Source: Rickettsiales bacterium (GTDB lineage: Bacteria > Pseudomonadota > Alphaproteobacteria > Rickettsiales > UBA998). Taken from it: a stretch of 64,000 nucleotides of DNA. Position numbers and translations under genes: made by a program. The notes under the pieces are model-generated. The model did not search any database, had not been told where the DNA came from, and was given only the letters and a program-made list of their open reading frames with translations. Where the stretch lies: contig JANQNR010000013.1 of NCBI GenBank assembly GCA_028279475.1, forward strand, positions 19,524-83,523. The letters run 5' to 3'. Positions 58,023 to 64,000 of this stretch are shown here, piece after piece. Position 1 is the first letter of the stretch. Every line of letters starts with the position of its first letter.

Positions 58023-59917
58023 GCAAAATCCTTCATGCGTTGTGGTTGTGCTTTGGCCGTCTGTGCGTCCTCTGTGGGGGCAAACTCCTGCACTAATTGC
58101 CGGAGCAACATCAGCGCCGTTTCCTTATCACGTGCCAAACAAGCCTTATGGAGCGATTCCATACGTACCGTATCTGGCAATAAGGGCGTCACCTGCCGGG
58201 AACGGCGAATGGATGGATGGGAGGTCGACTCCAGCCGCTCCTGCGCATAGATCAACTCTTCCGTCAGTTTCTCTCCCGAACGCAACCCGGTATAGGTAAT
58301 GTCAATGTCCTTGTGCGGTTCATAGCCGGCCAGGCGAATCATCTGACATGCAAGATCAACAATCTTTACCGGCCTCCCCATATCCAGAATATAGAGCGCC
58401 GCGCCATCCCCGGAGGATTGCGCCGCCGCCTGAATTACCAGCCCGGCCGCTTCGCGCATAGTCATGAAATAGCGCTCCATCTCCGGGTGGGTCACCGTTA
58501 ACGGACCACCTGCCTGCAACTGCTCCTGAAACAGGGGAATCACCGATCCGGTCGATCCCAGCACATTGCCAAAACGCACCATCACCATCCGCGTGGCCGC
58601 CGCCTTCGCACCCGCCTGTGCCCAGACATATTCCGCCAGCCGCTTGCTCGCCCCCATCACATTGGCCGGATGCACCGCCTTGTCGGTAGAAATCAGTACC
58701 ATACTTTGCGCTCCGGCACTGATAGCCGCTTCCGCGACGTTGCGTGTGCCGAATACATTGGTCAGGATGGTCTCTTCCGGATTGGTTTCCGCCAGTGGCA
58801 CATGCTTAAGCGCTGCTGCGTGGAAGACAATAGCAGGGCGCACCTCTTGCATAATGGAGACCAGCGAGCGCACGTCACGCACATTACAGATCACCGCCCG
58901 GCGCTCCAGTTCCGGCGCCAATACCGCTAATTCACGGTCAATCTGGTAGAGATTAAATTCGCTATGATCGAGTAATACCAGTTTGGCAGGTTGGCAGGCA
59001 GCAATCTGACGCACGAGTTCCGCTCCGATCGACCCACCAGCGCCAGTCACCAGCACTACCTTTCCTCCCAGCAGATGTCGCATCGCTCGACTGTCATGGT
59101 GGCTTTGCGCCCGTCCCAGCAGATCATCAATCGCCACAGGGCGGATATCCGGCTCGGCACCGCTGGCTACATCGGTCAGTCGCGGCAACCTGGCCAGCCC
59201 AACACCCTGACGCTCACAGACCTGCACCAACTCGCCGGCAACCTGTGCATCCATATATTCTTCGGTCAGAATCAGACGTTGTGGTTTCTTTCCCTGTTTT
59301 TCAAGGTCGCCAATCACCCGCTCTACCTGCTCCATTCCTGCATGAATGGGGATACCACGCAATGAACGGCCATGGCGCGTCTGCTTCCTGTCGACAATAG
59401 CGACCACTTGATACGGCATGGCTGTTCCCCGTTGGAGCGTGCGAATAAACGCTTCCGCATGGTCATTCGCACCAGCAATGATGACATAAATTGGTGCGCC
59501 CTCCATATGAGCGCGCTGTACACCTGATTCCCTAGTATGCCGATACAACACACGGGGTATACTGAGCAACGCTCCCAACACCATCCAGTGCAGCAAAGGC
59601 AATGAACGTGGAATACCTTCCAGGCGCTGCATTAAAAACAGGGCGGCATAGGTCAACACGATGCTGAGCGTGACTACTCTGGCCAGCGTCGTTAATTCAT
59701 TGATCGACACGTAGCGCCAGACTTCGCGTTGCAGGCTAAAGGCAAAGACCGCGCCTACGAAGCAGGCCATAAACACCAGCATATGCAGGGCGAAGTACGG
59801 TTCGGCAAATGCCCATGCTTCATCACCGAGCCGCAAATACAGTGCCAATGGCAGACTCAGTGCCGCCATGGTGATGTCGTGGATTGCCGCGACCAGGGAA
59901 CGTCTAGGAAGTCGCAT
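58019..59917 (-). CDS. polysaccharide biosynthesis protein, CapD/PglF-like membrane nucleotide-sugar 4,6-dehydratase
   Basis: 632 aa. Four N-terminal TM helices, Rossmann motif [14 protein letters not shown], later [10 protein letters not shown]. The stop overlaps the purH start by 4 nt. Confidence 0.85.
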   Translation of the reverse strand: MRLPRRSLVAAIHDITMAALSLPLALYLRLGDEAWAFAEPYFALHMLVFMACFVGAVFAFSLQREVWRYVSINELTTLARVVTLSIVLTYAALFLMQRLEGIPRSLPLLHWMVLGALLSIPRVLYRHTRESGVQRAHMEGAPIYVIIAGANDHAEAFIRTLQRGTAMPYQVVAIVDRKQTRHGRSLRGIPIHAGMEQVERVIGDLEKQGKKPQRLILTEEYMDAQVAGELVQVCERQGVGLARLPRLTDVASGAEPDIRPVAIDDLLGRAQSHHDSRAMRHLLGGKVVLVTGAGGSIGAELVRQIAACQPAKLVLLDHSEFNLYQIDRELAVLAPELERRAVICNVRDVRSLVSIMQEVRPAIVFHAAALKHVPLAETNPEETILTNVFGTRNVAEAAISAGAQSMVLISTDKAVHPANVMGASKRLAEYVWAQAGAKAAATRMVMVRFGNVLGSTGSVIPLFQEQLQAGGPLTVTHPEMERYFMTMREAAGLVIQAAAQSSGDGAALYILDMGRPVKIVDLACQMIRLAGYEPHKDIDITYTGLRSGEKLTEELIYAQERLESTSHPSIRRSRQVTPLLPDTVRMESLHKACLARDKETALMLLRQLVQEFAPTEDAQTAKAQPQRMKDFA

Positions 59918-60926
59918 GTGCCTTTGATACTGTGATTGCAGAAGATGACTGACGCCCCTGTGCCTTCAGATAGCCATAGACCACGAAAGCCAGTGCGTAA
60001 GCGACCCCAACCGCTAGCCAGGCACTATGCGGCATCATGACGGAAATCCCGGCCAGTCCAATCGCGACGAAATTATAGAACGCAATCCAGCGCACCACGG
60101 CGGTATGCGTGTGCCCTGCACGTACATAACATTGATACGCATGTTCGGAATGGGCTTCCCATAACGGCTTACGTACCAACGCCCGCTTCGCCAACGTCAC
60201 GCCACCATCCACTAAATAATAGGCAGGCAAGATCAGCGCCGCCGCCGGGTACCCATCCACCGCCAATGACAATAACAACCATCCCATTAGTGCCCCTAAC
60301 GGAATAGAGCCACTATCGCCCATGAAGATGCTTGCTGGATGACGGTTAAAGTACCAGAATCCAGCGATAGCCGCGATGATAATCAACCCGTCATAGATAT
60401 AGGCAGGTCCTAAATCCGGGGCAATGGCCGCCACCACAATGCATCCAAGCGAGAGTGCAGTCGTCTGCATGGAGGTAATCTCATCAACACCATCCATGAA
60501 ATTATACAAGTTCATGAACCCACCGAGTAACAGCACCAGTAGTATAAACTCGACGGTCTCCGGCAACACCCCCTGAAAGACGCTACCCTCTAGTGCGGAT
60601 ACCATCATCACTGCCGCCAGCATATGTGCCAGCAACCGTGGTAAGGGGCGTAATGTGAGAAAGTCATCCATAGCGGAGACTACCGTCAATAACAGTAATG
60701 CCCACACCACGGTGCCATTCACGCCCGCCACCGTCAGGAAACCCATCACTGCAATCATCACCGCAATACCGCCACCCTTTGGTGTTGGCTGCGCATGGTT
60801 ATCCCGTTCATTCGGCTCACGCGGCGGAGTCAAGATGCCGGCGCATTCACGCATAGCCAACGTTCCGATCCAACTCAGTGCCACAGCGGAAAGACACAGA
60901 ATAACCACATAAAATCCTACAAACAT
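59904..60926 (-). CDS. glycosyltransferase family 4 polyprenyl-phosphate sugar-1-phosphate transferase (WecA/WbpL-like)
   Basis: 340 aa. Polytopic, with DDFLTL, NLYNFMDGVD and GDSGSIPLG motifs of the MraY/WecA family. Confidence 0.82.
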   Translation of the reverse strand: MFVGFYVVILCLSAVALSWIGTLAMRECAGILTPPREPNERDNHAQPTPKGGGIAVMIAVMGFLTVAGVNGTVVWALLLLTVVSAMDDFLTLRPLPRLLAHMLAAVMMVSALEGSVFQGVLPETVEFILLVLLLGGFMNLYNFMDGVDEITSMQTTALSLGCIVVAAIAPDLGPAYIYDGLIIIAAIAGFWYFNRHPASIFMGDSGSIPLGALMGWLLLSLAVDGYPAAALILPAYYLVDGGVTLAKRALVRKPLWEAHSEHAYQCYVRAGHTHTAVVRWIAFYNFVAIGLAGISVMMPHSAWLAVGVAYALAFVVYGYLKAQGRQSSSAITVSKAHATS

Positions 60927-60983
60927 GGCTTTTCACTACACTGTCTGCGCAAAAACTGCAAGGAACTTGCGGCAACAAACATA

Positions 60984-61050
60984 TATAGCGCGTTCACCTT
61001 TATGATGGCGCATTTGGACGGCGCAATCATAAAGTGAAGGTCGCGCTATA
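60984..61050. repeat. 67-nt TATAGC-capped hairpin
   Basis: tatagcgcgttcacctttatgat ... atcataaagtgaaggtcgcgctata. Confidence 0.5.
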
Positions 61051-61060
61051 CCTTTAAAGA

Positions 61061-61144
61061 TATAGCAGTTCCTTGACTTTGTGATGGGTGGCGTTGCGGA
61101 CACACACAGAAAACGATACATTATCACAAAGTCAAACTGCTATA
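61061..61144. repeat. 84-nt TATAGC-capped inverted repeat overlapping a candidate -10
   Basis: tatagcagttccttgactttgtgat ... atcacaaagtcaaactgctata, with a perfect 13-bp core. The right end runs into TATAAT (61141-61146), 42 nt upstream of the 61188 start. Confidence 0.5.
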
Positions 61145-61187
61145 ATGGTTTGCCTATGCGTTAAAACTGGTTTACAGTCAATATATC

Positions 61188-61616
61188 ATGTCAGGAAGCC
61201 CAGCTGTGAAACAACAGGACACGCAACCCACGGAAGCCGGCAATGTATCGGAGGTTGGGGCGCTGGTGGAAACACTGTATCAGGATGTATCCGCCCTGAA
61301 CACGCAATTAGACGGCCATGGCATTATCCCCGCGCATACCCTTAAAACTCTGCTCGATCCACTCATGACACTGTGTCTGTCAGTCGAGGCACTGGGCAGC
61401 CATTGTCAGGCACTGGAAACAGAAAATGCGACGCTTACACATCGGCTGGCCGACACCAAAGCCGCTTGCGATCAAATGTGCATCGAAATCTCTGCCCTGC
61501 AAACCAAGCGCGACGCTGCCGAAAAAAAGGCGGAAACGCTGGAATCCCGGGATCGCTCGTCTCGCGCCCGTCTGGAATCCGTCACGGAACAACTTGATAT
61601 GACGTTTGGCGGATAG
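61188..61616 (+). CDS. coiled-coil protein upstream of zapA (DUF4164/ZapB-like position)
   Basis: 142-aa ORF. The C-terminal half has heptad-like character (LETENATLTHRLADTKAACDQMCIEISALQTKRDAAEKKAETLE). Its stop is 2 nt before the zapA start. Confidence 0.5.
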   Translation: MSGSPAVKQQDTQPTEAGNVSEVGALVETLYQDVSALNTQLDGHGIIPAHTLKTLLDPLMTLCLSVEALGSHCQALETENATLTHRLADTKAACDQMCIEISALQTKRDAAEKKAETLESRDRSSRARLESVTEQLDMTFGG

Positions 61617-61618
61617 GC

Positions 61619-61963
61619 ATGAAAACGGTTGAATTCACCATCAACAAAAAACGGCACCAGGTAGTGTGCGATGCCGATCAGGCCGACCATATCAGGCAGT
61701 TGGCGGACATGGTCAATGAGCAGGCAACAGGAATTGCCGAGGCCATGCCCAGAGCGCCGGAAACCACCGTATTGATGATGACCTGCCTGAATCTGGCGGA
61801 TGCACTGTGTGAAGCACGCCAGGAAGCCGGACGTTGGCGTGAACAGGTTGCGTATCAGAAGGGTGAGGTATCGCCGGAATCCTCACACACCATCGAGCGA
61901 GTCAACCAGATTGCCGCCTCGCTGGACACACTCAGCCAGCGCCTTTCAGAAGGGACGCGGTAA
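61619..61963 (+). CDS. zapA: cell division protein ZapA
   Basis: 114 aa. MKTVEFTINKKRHQVVCDADQADHIRQLADMVNEQ fits the ZapA N-terminal pattern (I-x-G-+-x-Y-x-l-x-C). Confidence 0.72.
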   Translation: MKTVEFTINKKRHQVVCDADQADHIRQLADMVNEQATGIAEAMPRAPETTVLMMTCLNLADALCEARQEAGRWREQVAYQKGEVSPESSHTIERVNQIAASLDTLSQRLSEGTR

Positions 61964-61968
61964 AATCA

Positions 61969-62664
61969 CTAGTTTTCTGTCTTGAAACCCATCGCCACAA
62001 CATAGGTCTCCGGGGATTCCTTACGGCTGGCATCCGGCTTGAAATGTACCACCTTGGTGAATCGCCGCTTCATATCCCGTAACATGGCCTGTTCGGTGCC
62101 GCCTTGCCGCACTTTACAGACAAACGTGCCGCCGGGCGCTAATATCTCCAACGCCAGTTCATACGCCAACTCACACAATGCAACGATACGCAAATGATCC
62201 GTCGCAGCATGGCCGGTGGTGTTGGGTGCCATATCGGACAGCACGACATCCACCTCACCGCCGGCGGCTTCCTTGACTTGATCCGGCGCCTCCTCGGCTT
62301 CCATATCCGCCTGTAGCACGGTGACGCCGGCGATGGACGGCATGGCGAGTATGTCCAGTGCCACCACGCTGGGTGATGCAGCAGCGGAACGGACGCGTGT
62401 TGCCGCAATCTGCGACCATCCGCCCGGTGCAGCCCCCAGATCCACGACCGTAGCCCCTGGCTTTAACAGACGGAATTTATCATCAATCTCGATCAGTTTA
62501 TAGGCAGCGCGAGAACGATAGCCGTCACGCTTGGCCTGCTGAACATAGGGATCATTTAATTGCCGTTGCAACCAGCGCGTTGAGGAGGTCTTGCGCCCAC
62601 GCGCCGTCTTGACCCGCGTGGTTAGTGATCGATTACCGGAGAAGGGAGTGGGTTTTTTGGGCAT
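61969..62664 (-). CDS. rlmE: 23S rRNA (U2552-2'-O)-methyltransferase RlmE/FtsJ
   Basis: SSTRWLQRQLNDPYVQQAKRDGYRSRAAYKLIEIDDKF, VVDLGAAPGGWSQ and VVLSDMAPNTTG. Start set at 62664 (MPKKP); the ORF track starts at 62703. Confidence 0.9.
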   Translation of the reverse strand: MPKKPTPFSGNRSLTTRVKTARGRKTSSTRWLQRQLNDPYVQQAKRDGYRSRAAYKLIEIDDKFRLLKPGATVVDLGAAPGGWSQIAATRVRSAAASPSVVALDILAMPSIAGVTVLQADMEAEEAPDQVKEAAGGEVDVVLSDMAPNTTGHAATDHLRIVALCELAYELALEILAPGGTFVCKVRQGGTEQAMLRDMKRRFTKVVHFKPDASRKESPETYVVAMGFKTEN

Positions 62665-62703
62665 GGTTTTGTAATTAATATAGTCGTTTGCGCAGTATAA
62701 CAC

Positions 62704-62732
62704 TTGTACGAAAAATTAATCTATGCTAAAAT
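62704..62732 (+). promoter_or_regulatory. sigma70-like promoter candidate
   Basis: TTGTAC, a 17-nt spacer, then TAAAAT, ending 43 nt upstream of the 62775 ATG. Confidence 0.4.
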
Positions 62733-62774
62733 CACGAGGATTTATTTTTACTTAGACCCTTTGGAGTTATTACA

Positions 62775-62930
62775 ATGTTTCAAGTAGGCGATAAGGTTGT
62801 TATAATGGTTGGCAGTTTTAGTGGGGAAGAAGGTGAGGTTGCTAAAATCCTTGCAGATCATCAAGCAGTGGTCGATCTTGATAAAAAGAAAGGGCTGACG
62901 TATTCATTTTCTACAATACGAAAAGCATAA
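62775..62930 (+). CDS. small KOW-like protein (51 aa, below the ORF-track cutoff)
   Basis: MFQVGDKVVIMVGSFSGEEGEVAKI... has a G-D-K-V-x-I-x-x-G-x-x-x-G-x-x-G-x-V KOW-type pattern. GGAG lies 8 nt upstream. Flanked by a promoter-like signal and a strong terminator. AT-rich. Confidence 0.45.
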   Translation: MFQVGDKVVIMVGSFSGEEGEVAKILADHQAVVDLDKKKGLTYSFSTIRKA

Positions 62931-62960
62931 CCTTTTTCCGAAAACGAATCAGATTATTAG

Positions 62961-62996
62961 CTCCTAAACACCCAGCGTGATTAGGAGTTTTTTTTT
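62961..62996 (+). terminator. rho-independent terminator after the small ORF
   Basis: ctcctaa-acacccagcgtga-ttaggag followed by nine T residues. Confidence 0.6.
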
Positions 62997-63062
62997 GCCA
63001 CAAAGAAGAAAGCCAAGGCAACGTGACCCTGGCTTCCTCGTGCCAATACAATAGCAAGCTAC

Positions 63063-63782
63063 TTATCTACGCTCGCCCAGGAACTGCATCAACATAATAA
63101 ACAGGTTGATGAAGTCCAGATACAGGCTCAGCGCCCCCATGATTGCAGCCTTGCCGAGCGCTTCGCCCTGACCGGCCAACTGGTAATAGGTCGCCTTGAT
63201 GCGTTGCGTATCATAGGCAGTCAGCGCGGTAAACACCAGCACACCGATCACCGAAATCACCATTTGCAGCGCCGAACTTTGTAGGAACAGATTCACGATC
63301 GCGGCGATGATGATGCCGAACACTCCCATCATCAGGAATGATCCCCAACCGCTCAGATCACGCTTGGTGGTGTAGCCATAGAGGCTCATTGCACCGAACG
63401 TCGCAGCGGTAATGAAGAAGACGCGGGCGATACTTTCCCCGGTAAAGATGGCAAAGACATAGAACATTGACAGTCCCATCAGTACCGAAAAGCCCCAGAA
63501 CGCCAGTTGCGCTGTTTTCTCACTCATGTGATGCAGACGCACACTCAGGAACAGCACCGCACCCAGTGGCGCAAACATCAGGGCGTAAGACAGTAGGCTC
63601 GCACCGCCCTGCTCATTCACCATCAGGCTCAAAAACGCCTCGGACGTGCCGGCAAAATAGGCGACCAGACCAGTCAGAATCATAGCGCTGGCCATGTAGT
63701 TATAGACGCGCAGAAAATAGGAACGCAGCCCCTGGTCAACCTGCCGGACACCGGCAGTATTCACAGATTGTTGCTTTAACAT
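63063..63782 (-). CDS. BAX inhibitor-1/YccA-family membrane protein
   Basis: 239 aa. Seven hydrophobic helices. GLRSYFLRVYNYMA N-terminal motif and C-terminal LYLDFINLFIMLMQFLG, typical of the BI-1 family. Confidence 0.85.
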   Translation of the reverse strand: MLKQQSVNTAGVRQVDQGLRSYFLRVYNYMASAMILTGLVAYFAGTSEAFLSLMVNEQGGASLLSYALMFAPLGAVLFLSVRLHHMSEKTAQLAFWGFSVLMGLSMFYVFAIFTGESIARVFFITAATFGAMSLYGYTTKRDLSGWGSFLMMGVFGIIIAAIVNLFLQSSALQMVISVIGVLVFTALTAYDTQRIKATYYQLAGQGEALGKAAIMGALSLYLDFINLFIMLMQFLGERR

Positions 63783-64000
63783 GGTAACATTGTCTCCTTG
63801 TTACAGTTATTCGTGCTTCTATTATATGGGATTTACCCACCATGATTCAAGAAAAACCGGTAACATGACATAAAATCAACGTCTCTTGACGATCTCACTC
63901 CACCAACTCATACCCTTCCGCCCGTACCAGCGCCTGGCACGCTGCCATAACACGTTCCAGCGCAGTGTCATCGACGGCGCGGGCGACGATGGTGGCACCG

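Noticed and set aside
61964-61968. Expected 6S RNA (ssrS) downstream of zapA
   Set aside because: Only 5 nt separate the zapA stop from the convergent rlmE stop, so there is no room for a ~180-nt RNA here.
63895-64000. Possible 3' end of a minus-strand gene running off the window (…TIVARAVDDTALERVMAACQALVRAEGYELVE*)
   Set aside because: Only ~35 codons are visible with no recognisable motif, so it cannot be supported as a feature.
1-64000. CRISPR arrays, rRNA operons, transposases, integrases and prophage genes
   Set aside because: I scanned intergenic regions and ORF translations. There are no regularly spaced direct repeats, no rRNA-like conserved blocks and no DDE or other transposase-like ORFs. 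The only tyrosine recombinase is the housekeeping-type xerC next to DUF484.

Overview
Gene-dense chromosomal segment with about 66 protein genes plus RNase P RNA, most on the minus strand. Gene content and local synteny look alphaproteobacterial: a Cpa-type Tad/Flp pilus locus, hfq-hflX, DUF484-xerC, a coiled-coil gene next to zapA, a NifS-like gene next to IscS, and ubiG. I cannot assign a taxon without a database search. Core content: SulP permease, parC, recO, pepF, a full ISC Fe-S cluster operon (nifS-like, iscS, iscU, iscA, hscB, hscA, fdx) preceded by cysE, msrB, slt, ymdB-like, rnpB, yaaA, ubiG, htpX, cpaB-cpaC-cpaD-cpaE-cpaF-tadB-tadC with a separate flp pilin gene, pyk, trhO, hflX, hfq, pgk, xerC, purH, capD-like and GT4 glycan genes, zapA, rlmE and a BI-1 family protein. 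Points worth a second look: (1) The cysE-ISC gene string is interrupted three times on the same strand. The interruptions are a BglII/BamHI-like type II R-M pair, a visibly AT-rich block carrying MazEF plus a 320-aa orphan with an Rx4H HEPN-type motif, and a two-gene module of large Gly/Ala-rich orphans with hydrophobic glycine-zipper segments. (2) A Tat-signal DctP-type TRAP solute-binding protein is translationally coupled (ATGA overlap) to a DASS/SLC13 permease with TrkA-C domains, and no DctQ/DctM is present. (3) A 65-nt heptamer-based palindromic element sits in frame inside recO. (4) A REP/MITE-like nested palindrome family with CGTCAYTCCG / CGGARTGACG termini occurs in at least four intergenic sites. 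(5) Several long TATAGC-capped hairpins occur. (6) Two sub-60-aa genes are missing from the ORF track: the Flp pilin and a KOW-like 51-aa ORF. No rRNA, tRNA, CRISPR array or transposase gene was seen.
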